This document shows positions 9,390 to 21,181 of a DNA stretch of 64,000 nucleotides, in pieces. The stretch's first letter is position 1. Each line of letters begins with the position of its first letter. This stretch comes from Tubulanus polymorphus (taxonomy: Eukaryota > Animalia > Nemertea): assembly GCF_964204645.1 (NCBI RefSeq), contig NC_134035.1, positions 8,650,451 through 8,714,450 on the forward strand. The letters run 5' to 3'. Under the pieces are notes generated by a model. That model saw only the letters and a list, made by a program, of their open reading frames with translations, searched no databases and was not told where the DNA came from. A program made the position numbers and the translations under genes.

Positions 9390-12272
9390 TTACGTGCAGA
9401 ATTCGCCACTGAGCAAGCCTATGTACTCAGAATCGAGCCAAATACAATCTTGGATCCGCCAGTCCGTCCAAGGATCTTCGGATAAATAGCCGTTTTCCGT
9501 CGGACATGAGCCGAAACCATATTCCGTGCAGCCCTGCGCCGTAACCGGGTCGATGTTATCAAAACTTACGAAAGATTCCGTATACATCAGCACATATCAT
9601 AGCCACAGATATAGATTTAATCGAGTGTATCAATAGTTTTAAAGCCACGTTTAAGCGAACATTAAAAAATGTTGTAAAACAAATTGGTGGCGATTGAGTG
9701 TTTATTTAGTTCACGTCATTATCTTTTCGCTTTCTGGAACTAGAGACTAAGAAGACTGCCTTCTAGGTTCACCCAGTCCGGGCAGTGGTTGTCTACACAG
9801 TAATCTCCGTCGCTCGACGATCCTAGTGTTACCAATCTGTGGTACATCAGACACTACGGTTTTTGGTGAACTTCCAGGATGTAGGTGAGGAATGTGAAAG
9901 TTTATCATTTAGCGTTACCCATATCTATCACCAGCTCTCGTGTAGGTACGATGTTTGAAATTGTTAACCAGGTCTCCGAATCCAAGGCTTCACCATTGAA
10001 AACGTCTATTTATATCGATATCGACTACTATGTGATGTGTTGTGAAATGTGTCGGTCAAAATGTTTCTTGTAGGCGGTTCATAAACTAAAAATTGAAAGC
10101 AAAATGTGAGATAGAATGTCATGTGGATAGAATTTTTTCCTGATCTCTAACCTGTAAAAAAAAATTGTCGACCAGGAAACCTCAACTGGTTTTACCCGGG
10201 CCAGTTGGCTAATCGAGTATTGGCGCTCAAGGCCCACGTTACAGAAAAATTGGCGAATGATTAAGCAGTAACAGTTCATGCAATAAAAGTAGAATCTAAC
10301 TGCTTGATAAATGAACACAGATCTAATTCTCTTTTTCTGTGTTTAATGATATTGACACGACGGATGTCTTCCTTTTACTCGTCGTATCTATTTAAATTAT
10401 GCTTCTCCTTACACTCGGTTGGGCGATTTACAAAGGAACCAGTGGTCTGCTGCATCGGAACGAATGGGCACCAAAGGTTTTAGTGTCGAAATGTGTAAAT
10501 TTCAAAGGAATTGCTGCGATAGAAAAGATAAATATCTACTTTTTGAGACAACCATCATCTTTCGGTCCCTGCATATGCATGAGTTTAAACGCAGCTACAG
10601 ATATTGATAAAAAGCTACAGAAGACCATCCCACTGGTGGTGCTGTGCAGAGAACCGAGGCGTTGTCCGGTAACGGTGCTTCACCAGTTTGAATAGTTGTA
10701 TTGTAGAAATTGATGATTCCAGTTCGGCCGTTGTATACTCCGTGTTGACATATACCGCCTATGTCATCGAAAGCGCTCCAGACGTACTTTATTCCGGTGT
10801 CTGAAAAATATTACATATCTAAAAAATGAAATATCCTGGTCCTGTTTGCCGACTTCTAAATAAACGTATTTTGGACCAAGCATTCGTAACCCTGATTAGC
10901 TTTCCGAGCAAGATGAAAAAATTAAAACTCATTTTGACAAGCATAACCATGCAAATAAGTATATTATGACCTTTCTGTGTGCTTTCAAAAGATAACCTGA
11001 TTTGCTGTTATAAATTGTGTATTACGACGTATCCAACAAATAACTGTTACGACGAATTAGAAAATGTCTTACTCCGCATCAAATTCTTTATTTCGTTCGT
11101 CAACATCGCGTAAGATTTGTCGTCTATGATGTTATAGTTGACGAACCAGCCGATATTCGAACAGGTGCTTCTGGCGTTTGAACATGTCGTATCAGTACCG
11201 ATGACTATCAGGTTGTACGTCACTCCCTCCAGCTGAAATAATTCCTGGTCAGAGCCTTTACACAACCATCAGAAAATAAAAGACATGTGTGAGGGGTATA
11301 TCTTATTGCATATCATATTGGCTATAAGACTTCTACACGAGAAATTCATTCGTTAGAGATTCGTTCGTTTATAAAATCATCGTTCTTCAGAATGTAAGAG
11401 ATTTAGCCTGATTTCCAAGCGTTAGTTTGATAAATTAAGATATGATGGACTTTTCTATTCTAATTATTGGTACGTGTTAACAACATACTGCTTTTATAGT
11501 TCCACGGGGGGTAGGTTGAGAAAGAGTTTGACTGAAGTTGTATAATTTTCCAGTCAGATGAAGGTGTGTTTTATTTGCGAATTGACTTATGGTTGTCGGA
11601 TTTCGTTTGTGTTGATCGTCGCGGTGTTATGTCAAAGGCGCCGACTACGAATAACGATTATCCGAATTCGAAAAAATTCAACGTTATCGTTTCACTCACA
11701 TTCGGGATCTATTGATCAATTCTTCATTTCTCAAATAGAAGAAATGATAGTTTACTACTGTAAACCAGCAAAACTACTTTTTATGGTAAAACTTTAGTCT
11801 GGGACTGTTCGAATCGCATTCACCAAACCGTCAAAATAACATGTCTGTATCAGCATTTCGTGGGTTGTCGGGGTAACTTGCACCTCTTAACAAAAGCAAC
11901 TCAACTGAATGTGTCAGCACTAGCGATCGCCATTACTAATAAGAATGTTGTATACTTACTAATGAACAGTAATGTCGATTTATGTATTTGTGACGACGTC
12001 TTGTCGAGTGGATAGTTAAACCACTGTTTGATTATTTGACAGTTATTGTCCGAGCTGTTCGTCTTCATCTGGAAGGTCGACGCGGATTCGGACAAACATT
12101 TCAATCCACAATCCTGCTCCGAACTTGCGTTAAATTCCAGAAATGAATCGTGGTCGGGCAACACGAATTGGTCGTACATTTTGAAGCTGATTTCTCGTGT
12201 TTCGGCGATGACTATTCCCAGGTCGCTGAGCAGAATTACAATTGTCCAGATATTCAGCCCTATACGCGTCAT
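9390..12272 (-). pseudogene. Secreted PAN + multi C-type-lectin-domain gene, 3' exons disrupted
   Basis: Exon 12272-11960 (signal peptide, SEQDCGLKC...CQI PAN motif) and exon 11255-11073 (CSNARSTC) are intact and join in phase 1. Exon 10800-~10413 has YVWSAFDD, NYSNW* and HWFLCK in different frames. Segments ~10000-9750 (IWVTLNDK...W...TDW*, DGDYCV) and ~9630-9390 (YLWL*Y...QDCIWLD...FCT*) are CTLD-like but contain stops or frameshifts. Confidence 0.6.
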
Positions 12273-13810
12273 AATTACTGATTTCTTTATATCGATGGAG
12301 TTCGGCTAAATACGCATAACCTAGACCTTTGACACACGTTTACGCCCTGGAGAGGATAGCTTTCACCGGTGATCGAATTTGCACTGTCGGGTCGGTGACG
12401 ATGTTCAATACCGACCAAGAAGGCGTTCGTTCCGTCTTAAACGACCAAGAGATCTTTTTCGGCGATATTTCTGTTATCCTCTTTTGTGTATTGTCTAGAC
12501 CTATAACTATAATCGGTGTTCTATTAAATGTTAAATGTATCACTTCGATGTAACGCTGGTACTGACGCGAATACAGAGCGCTCGCTCTGACGCGGGAGAA
12601 TACTTTCGTTGACGTTTGACAACGCGCGATAAGTGTAGGATAAACTCTAGTCGATCCTGGAATGGGACGCATTATATTTGAACTGTAGTAGAAAATGAAT
12701 TGATACTTGACTTGTCAAAGTAACGCGGGACTTCTGCAGAACGTATGTTGCGTGCGCTACTGCCGGCGATAATCTTTTTTAGAACTAAACTTTTCTCGTT
12801 CACAGGATCACGTAAAATAAAGGCCAGTGTTTGGTGGCTTAAAAAGAGCCCGTTATTCGGTTTAGCCGGTGTTGCCCCGTCAGCATTCGGTTCAGCGCGT
12901 GTTGACCTCGTTGTCTCGTGAGATAAACATTGACGAACTCACGAAATTTGAAAAACTGAGGGCGGATGAAAACTAGTAGCAAAAAGGGAACGCACAAAAA
13001 GGAATCGGATAGCAAGAAGTGGAAAATATGCTTGGCGTAGACTGTGAACATGGTTCTTAGTAATACGGCTAAAGATCCGCTTTGAAATCAATTAGAAAGT
13101 CGTACAAAAATTGTTCGCTTTTAGATTATATTCATTTGTATTTGGAATAAACATGCTTGAACGAGACAGAACTCCTAAAATACGTAAATCGATAGGTGAA
13201 CACTTAGGTCAATCCCTTATACCTAGTTCCACAATTCTAAGTTAAGATAGGTCAATTACAGTTTTTCATAATATGTAAATGAGATGCAATTTATCATATA
13301 ACATTAATAGTGGTAAACATGCACTAGGATATGTTTGATTAATAGTTTATTTTGTGAAATGTGTCTCAAGGTTAAACGATTGATATTACGATATATTACT
13401 ATACTACATTAGATAATATCAACGGGCAAAATTTATTTTATATTGATCCATGCGTATGGTGCCCTCGTGTTGGTGCATAATTAAAATTGCAAAGGCTCCT
13501 CGTGATTACTTTTGCAAACGTCGAATAACGTTGAATAATGTGAATACCATCACCAAATATAGATTAAAACATGGACGTATAAACTCTAGCTTATACGTCT
13601 ATGTTCAAAGCAATCTAACATTCATCGATATTCTGTGTGGCTACTGTAAACCTTAAATCGAGTAAGCTTGAAAGCGTGTGCACATTTTGAACGAAAACGT
13701 ATTAAAAAGTGTTAACAATGAATGAATCTTTCGAAATTGTTATCAAATTTCTTAAGGCCGGCATCTGGGCGTCATTGGTCAATGAACGCTCCTGTTATAG
13801 CGGATTGTAG

Positions 13811-16217
13811 CTATACGTATGGCGCCACATGTTTGAGCAAAGGGCATGTGTAATCTTTTTTGGCCGCCGATCTAACTTCATCCCATGCAGTCACCGAATT
13901 GTACAGGTTGTTGAAAGGGTTCGCCGGGTCCATTACTCGCGGTGGTCTGAAATCAAGCGTATAATATTCATTTACAGTTAAGCAAATGAAACGCATTTTC
14001 ATCGCATCATTTTCATCGAACCTTCGCTACGCCATGGCTACATTCAGAAAAAAAAATAAGTTATAAGTTCTCAAAATGGACGCTTGTGTTTTTTTCTATA
14101 GAGCAAATTTGAGAATCATTGGAGAGACGGCCGTAATTAGAAATTCGAAATCATGCGCTTGCCGACAGGCTACTGATATCGAAGGGTTTTTCATGATAAC
14201 GAAATCCATCAGAAGCTGGCAAGTTCATCTTCTTAAGACGGCAAATGACTAAACCAGACCGGCTGCATCCGTCGTCGGAATTTACATAAAAATCCGTTTT
14301 ATGCTGCCACCTGAGCGCCTGGGATGAAGCTGAGTTTGCGGTCTAAGTTCGCTGGAGTCCCGACGACTTACCAAGCCGATTGTTTTGGCTTTTGGCGAGG
14401 GGATATATTTCATTGAAATTGATAACAATATCGATTGTTTATCAAATCAAAATTTTCATCGATTGCTCCGTTAATGTCTGTGGGGCTGTGGCGTGAAACC
14501 AATTATACTACCCGATAAGTGCCGCATGTAGACGGCGGAACATACAACCTCGTTCTTGGGATAAGACGGCTTTAAAGGAGAGTTAACTTCCTGTGTGCCA
14601 TTATTGTACTATTAAAATATCCTAATGAATACTTAGAACTTACTTTTCTACGTTGATACCCAGAGAGTAGTCCCAGTTCACGTCCAGATTATGTGGGTTC
14701 CTCAAAAGATACAGGATCGTTTTGAACCCTCTTCTCACGTCGAAGTTGGATCCTGCAGCTTTTTCATAAACGTGTACGGACAACACCTCGTAGAAATAAG
14801 ACGTTGGATACCATTTATTCGACGTCCTCTATGATTAACCAAAAAAAGATTAACACTTAGCAAAGGTACGAAAACAAGTGGACTCACGCCAGACACATTG
14901 AGGTTCAAATCTTAGTGAGTTCGAGGTCGTGATGTATGTGTAAAATTCGCACTTGTGCGCCATTTCTGTTTATATTCAAAAAAGTAAAACTTTCAGCAAA
15001 AAAGACTCATATTGAATGGACTTAGAAAAATGCTTATATTTCTGGAATCTCCTACCGGTAGCACATCTTTTCCCCAGTGTTTCGCCAGAATGATCAAGTC
15101 TTTTGCTCCTGGCGGTTGGTGCTTTATGAATTCGGCTTGTTGCTTCGTTAAGGCAGCCGAGTAGTACCGCCTCAGAACTGGATCGTGGCCCTGCATCTCC
15201 CTGTATACACCTGGTAGCCCTAGATTAAAAAAGCATCGACATAATATATTTCGCTGTTTCACGTTACACGTCTGTGAAAATGCCGATAATACGCACGTTG
15301 CCAAGTTCAATATGACGCCATCCATGTTGATACTGCTGCCCACTTAATTTCAACATTTTCAGAGGACAAAATTTGCTTAATCTGACTCATAATTCGAATG
15401 CAATGAAATTTCCATTTTTTTAACGCCAAATTTTACAACGCCATGTTTCCCAATTGTCCCCATAGTGGCATCATAAAGGACTTATAATGTATTCATATCA
15501 AATGGTACTCCAAAAAGGTACCTCCTTTCTTTCTGACAATATCCAACGATGGAAGGATGTCCACTTTCACCGTAATATTGCAACAGCTTTTTGGTCTCAA
15601 CGTGACTTGTACAGAGAACTTCGTTGTTTTCTCGAATTGACGATTACAATACGGCTTGTCTGAGCAGGATAAGGCGGATTTTATTTGGTCTTTAAAACTC
15701 GACATGTTACGCTGAAGATCACTTATGGAATCGACGCCGTTCAAAAAGACAACCAAATCGACATCACTTCTGTTCTTCAAGCCCGTGCCTTTTTTAAGCG
15801 AACCGCCCTAGCAATGATAATATACTCATCGTTATAGAGGTTCAAGCAATATGTATAAAAGATTTATAGAACGGTACCTTATATATTTCTTGGATTGACA
15901 ATGAACTGGAAGTGTACAACAGCTGAACGATCTCGTCAACTGCATCACTGAAGCACCTTCCTTCGCTAGTCGGCATCTTTAGGGTAGTGATGTAACTATT
16001 GAGCTCTACAAAATGTGCATAGATAAGTCACTCGCATGAGAATGAACAGGTGCCTGCATATATATCGGAAAAATATATAGAGGACCAATCGAATAATCAA
16101 TACTCAAACCTCACTTCAAGACCCAAGTATCAACGTTGCATAAAGACGTCACTAATTACCTATGTCGTTCATCGGCTTCGATAAGAAATCACCAGTAAAC
16201 AAACTGCACGCCATCAT
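13811..16217 (-). CDS. OAS: 2'-5' oligoadenylate synthetase (single-domain, OAS1-like), 318 aa, 6 coding exons
   Basis: Exons 16217-16160, 16005-15878, 15807-15522, 15219-15056, 14828-14644 and 13946-13811 are all GT-AG, in frame, and total 957 nt. Motifs: GGSLKKGTGLKNRSDVDLVVF (P-loop + DxD), VKVDILP (third Asp), KDLIILAKHW, PTSYFYEVL, GFKTIL, VMDPANPFNN. Confidence 0.93.
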
Positions 16218-16272
16218 GAATACCTGAAACAATAAACCGTTCAAATACGATACAACATATAAAATCTGAATG

Positions 16273-16898
16273 TAGGAAAAAATAGCCAAGGAAAAAATGG
16301 CCAAGGAAAAAATGGCCAGGAAAAAAATGGCCACGGAAATAAAGGCCAAGGAATATTTATGAGAACTGCTGACAATGTTAATAAACATTAAGCTTTCAAT
16401 TTAATGACATCATTTATTTTTCATGGGGCTAAAAACAATCAAAATCGGTATAATGAGTTCAGAAGTTTGATGAACTTACATTTAATTTCATTACATATAA
16501 TGAATATATAAAGAACTATCATTAAAGCATGCAAGTGGGCAATGGATAAACTTAATAGTGATTAACTTTAACTTAATAAATTATCTAAATTAATACTTGA
16601 AAACATCTAAGTAAGCTATTAGGGCACAGACTGTCTTATCAAAGGTAAATGCATTGAAATTGTGTGGTAATTTATAACGCAAACTGGTGTAGTGTCTGAT
16701 AACATCGAAGTGAGATATGCTCATCATAAATTTACCTAAACTAATCCAGGATTAGGTGTAATAATCTCCAAAAAAATGACACGTCAAAACATGAATGCAT
16801 TTGATTTCTTGTAAGTCAATGAAATGATGGTTTGTTTTCTATGTAATCTTCCTTGGCCTTTTTTCCGTGGCCATTTTTTCCTTGGCGATTTTTTCCTA
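16273..16898. mobile_element. TIR element with 15-bp subterminal tandem repeats, in the OAS 5' intron
   Basis: (GGAAAAAATGGCCAA) x5 at 16275-16352 and inverted x3 at ~16850-16898. Confidence 0.65.
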
Positions 16899-18514
16899 GA
16901 AGAGTTATACTCTAGATGTCACTGTCTTGGTGCTTATGAGTATAGATATACGTATCATCATCAGATGGACATTTTCGAAGGATTGTGGCAGATCTAAGTA
17001 CTGGTAGGCACAAGCACAGTATCATATTTAGATTACACACTGTGAGATATACAAGTTTGGCCCAAGTCCGTTGTAGTGCTGTCGAAATAGTGTGTGGATA
17101 AATCGGTTTCGCAAATAAGTTTCGATCATCAGTTCATTTTGTGGAGAATTCTAGATGTTTTGTTTAAGAAATCCGAAGAGTCTTAAAACTGTCGAGTCTC
17201 CTGGCATGGGTTCTCCACCAGTTTTAGACACACGTAGCTATTGCGATATAGGAGGGGAGGAAAGGGAAAGGAGGGGAGAGTGTTGAATGTTGAAGAGGAA
17301 TAAACATTCATTGGAATGATTGTTCAACCCTCTGCATATAAGTCATGGGGGAAAACTTTGTCATGTCATCATCATAGTTGAACCAAATTACGGGGATGAT
17401 TTTTCATCCCGCCCCTGAGGCATCGGAAGGAATTTTCGATTGGAGCGGCCTAGGAATTAAGGGGGTGTGCTAGATTAAGGGGGTGTGCTAGAGTTGGATG
17501 TCATTAAGAATTCGGATATTCTAGTAGGTTTACGACTACGCGATATAGCGCGACATAGCTCTGCGCCCGATCATGGGAACATTGCTCAAGGCCTTCTGAG
17601 GCGCCGTGTGTTCATCTACCATTCGCGTTTTATTTTCCTCGAGGCAAAATACGGTATTCCCGAATGTTATTTATAGCTCATATTCCGCGTAACTGACTAG
17701 CTCTGACATGACTGTCAATTTTTTTTTATAAGAGCAATAACGTCCCTTTGCACTTAAATTTCTGTTCTCCTTCCACAAACAACCAAATACAAATCGTATG
17801 TACAACTCGACACTGATTTCCCTGTCATATTTCAAAGAGCAGTAACGAGTGTTGCCCGTGCATTGTAGGATTTTTACATTCAAACTTGTTATTCGGTGCT
17901 GGTCAACAACACCCCACTGAAACCGCTACTCCCGGCCGCAATTCACTGCAAGAAAATAATATTCGCGCAGCACCACAGTGGTTGTCGGTTGCACACCCCT
18001 TACGTACCTGTAATTATATGTATCAGTGAATATAGCAATGAATACTCCTTGATTTCTCCCGGAACCGTTTCGCCGTTGAGTGACGTGTCTGAAAAATGTA
18101 CGGCCTATTTAATAGATATAAGAACCGCATACTAGGAAAACCAAATGCCACGTACCAGTAATCGGGGTAAGGCCCAGTAACCAACTGAGATAAAACAGGA
18201 CTAAGTTGATGGCGAAAATTACGTATTGTTGCGACAAATCAAAATGGATGCCATTAATGGATAGGTTATAAATGCATCTATAAATTTCTGAAGATAGATT
18301 TTCGCCATTTTATGGTGGCTGATTCGGGAAATGTAATTTTTGCATTCCAGGAATTTTACGCTATGGCCCTTATCAGCCGCCAAACGAATCTACCACCATA
18401 TCAATTACCTTTACCAAAACCAGAATTTCACCATTCTGCATTCAACATTATGAAGCGGTGGACGACCTAATTCACTCATGAAGGCGAATTTATCGAAACG
18501 TAACTTATTCCGGG

Positions 18515-18633
18515 TACCCCCTGTGAAGCTGGCTCCCGGTTCCCGGTTCCCGATTCGGCTCCCGATTCAAAATGTTTTTGAATCGGGAGCCGAATTAGGA
18601 ACCGGGAACCGGTAGCCAGCTTCACAGGGGTTA
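18515..18633. mobile_element. Near-perfect hairpin MITE
   Basis: CCCCTGTGAAGCTGGCT...GATTCAAAA-tgt-TTTTGAATC...AGCCAGCTTCACAGGGG; ~55-bp stem with few mismatches. Confidence 0.75.
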
Positions 18634-18707
18634 TTTTCTGCCCAGATTTATTCAACCTGTCCTATTATTTTGAGAACGAATTTTGTCATAAGGCATGTAC
18701 TACTCAC

Positions 18708-18937
18708 TAAAAAGGCAAGTGTTCAGTTCCTATCCGTGTTTCCAGCGGCTATGATCCTGGAATACCGAAAGCTGAATACCGAAAGCAGAAGTAAATGGTA
18801 TTCCCGATTGCTATTTATAGCTCGTATACCGCGGAAAAAACCCACGATTCTTGCCGCGAAAATCGACTACTGAAAGTAAAAGTGAAAGTGTTGTTGCTAC
18901 ATCGTCAAACTGGTTGCTACATCGTCAACTGAAAGTT
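18708..18937 (-). promoter_or_regulatory. Putative OAS promoter and non-coding first exon (TATA, kB-like, IRF/ISRE and CRE half-sites)
   Basis: Minus-strand TATAAAT 18819-18813; donor GTGAGT at 18707; GGGTTTTTTCC 18843-18833; GAAAGT-AAAAGT-GAAAGT 18872-18889; TGACG at 18907-18903 and 18927-18923. A possible second UTR exon 18088-18008 has good splice sites, and the acceptor at 16224 lies just before the ATG. Confidence 0.6.
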
Positions 18938-21181
18938 CATTTTTACTAATGATGTTTTCCATCTCGGTGCAGACGGCCCAGCCGAATGTCTGGGCAGGAG
19001 CAAACGTATGTAACACAAAATAATCGCATCATCGCCCCAAACCATGTTATACCCACAGCGGAGCCATTTATTTTGTTGTTTACGTCTGGATTTTGGTTTT
19101 TTCCAACACTATTCCGATTGGTTTGCGGCATATTTTACCCCTCGGCTCGAAGTGGGCCCTAAAAACTGTCGAGACTCGCGTTAGGCGTTAAGCAAATACG
19201 TAGCGATTTGGTAAAATCCAGCAGAATACATAAATACAGGCGCATCCAATCAACTCAGATACAACTGTTCGACTCGATTGTTTTCTGAAAAGATTTTTGT
19301 GACACTATGAAATACATAAAAACCAACTCGGATATCACTCTGAAAGTGGGACACATTTTACGGACCCAAAATATCCGAGTTGAGCGGCGAACTCTACTGT
19401 ATAAATAAAAACCATACCACCAATTAGGCGGTGGTGTCAGAGCAGAACGCGTTAATCTGTCGTCGCAGCAACAGCAACCATATATCGGCCGTTGACATAA
19501 AATATCATAAGTACTTGGGGTTACGGAAAACGACAAAAGCGGGAACCTCGGATTCACAATAGAGAAGTTCTCATTTACCAGGCGCCATTTTGACGCGGTC
19601 AGAACTGCAGATATCGCATTGTTGGACAGATTTTATCGTTTTTTAAACTAAAGTCTTTAGCACGATTTATCCTGTGGCCTTTTGCCACAAATATTTAAGT
19701 TATGTATGGTTAGAAAGGTTGGATATCTCTCATCCACTAAGTATTTGAATTTTTAAGAGACCGCCTAACGTAAAAGTACGTACATTTTTTCTTTGACCCT
19801 CCCCCGTACGGAGTTAGTACATTATTTGTTGACCCCTCCCCAAATCCGTACGAGCTATTTGAACGCGCCCAATCAGTGCCCATATCAACGACTGTAAGAC
19901 AACTCTGAAGCGTGCCAGTGTAGTTCGTGCAGCCACATTCGACTAGTTCGCCATCTAGCAGAAAATTAGGTCAGTAGGTCAGTCACCTACGAGGTGACCG
20001 CGCCCAAATCTATCGGATTACATCGTCACGCCTACAGGCCCGTATGGAGCAATTTTTCATTGGAGAGGCCATCTCCCTAAAATCCGCCAAAATACCAGGA
20101 TGCAAAATATAAATAGAGTAAAAAAATCTGTATTCTCAGAACATTTACGGCTTTATTTTATGAACTAATTTATAAGCAAATATGACCTACGATTCATATT
20201 GAGTGACTTGCAATATCCCTTAAAAAGTTACCAAATTGTCCAAGATGAAACGGGTTTATACCCTTTAACGATATTGTTGGTTGATATGGCTCTATTGATG
20301 TGCGGTACCTATATCTATCTACATGTTAAATATTTTGAGAGCGTTTTTATGGTCGAAGACCGCATAGGCATCGTCGCTAGTAAAAATCTTGCCTTTCATC
20401 GAACAACACCCGTATTACCTCTACCGCCATGGAATCTCTTATTCATTTGAGCGTGTGCTGCTCGCAGAGTATCTGTTTTAATTTTTCTGAAAATTTCTAT
20501 CATAGATAGATGTGTCAAGTTATATGATAAACTGCAATTCATCAAAATGTTTCAAATAAAAACCAGTCAGGGACTCTCATAAGACTCATCTATCGTTTAG
20601 ATATAAGTTTCTTGTAAAATACCTATTATCTAATAATGACCAGCGTGGCCACAATCGATCATTGAATGACAAAATTTATTTGCTGATGTTCGAATCATTT
20701 TTTGATAAATTCATCCCGATCAGCGCCGATATAACTTTGCCGAGGCGGAAACCCAAAAAATGTTATGTTACATTAAAAACGTAACTCAGTAAAATATTGG
20801 GGCGGCTGCCGCTACGGCTCCTACGGCCCTGGCCTAAGGTGACGTCACCGGGGAATTGATTTAGTTTTTACGATAATTGACATATTCCTGAATCGATTTT
20901 GGAGGTGAAGCTGCAGAGGCCGTGAAGGGGAGAACAACAATCAAAAAAATATTAGAAATTTAAAAAAATAAAAACAGGTAGAATTGAAATTCCGATATCC
21001 AGTGAAATCATTCAGTGCCTGGGCTGTACTGACAGGCGTCATATCTACGTGTTTGTCGATGAATAATGTATTGCATGGAAGTAAAGTCGTGAAATGGTGA
21101 AAATCCAAACATCAGTAGTTGCTGGGTGATATGCGTACATTAATGTATCTGATCAGATCTGATCCGCGCGGAAGAGCAGCG

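Noticed and set aside
16275-16352. Regular short repeats suggestive of a CRISPR array
   Set aside because: No spacers, eukaryotic context, and the repeats are subterminal parts of a TIR element.
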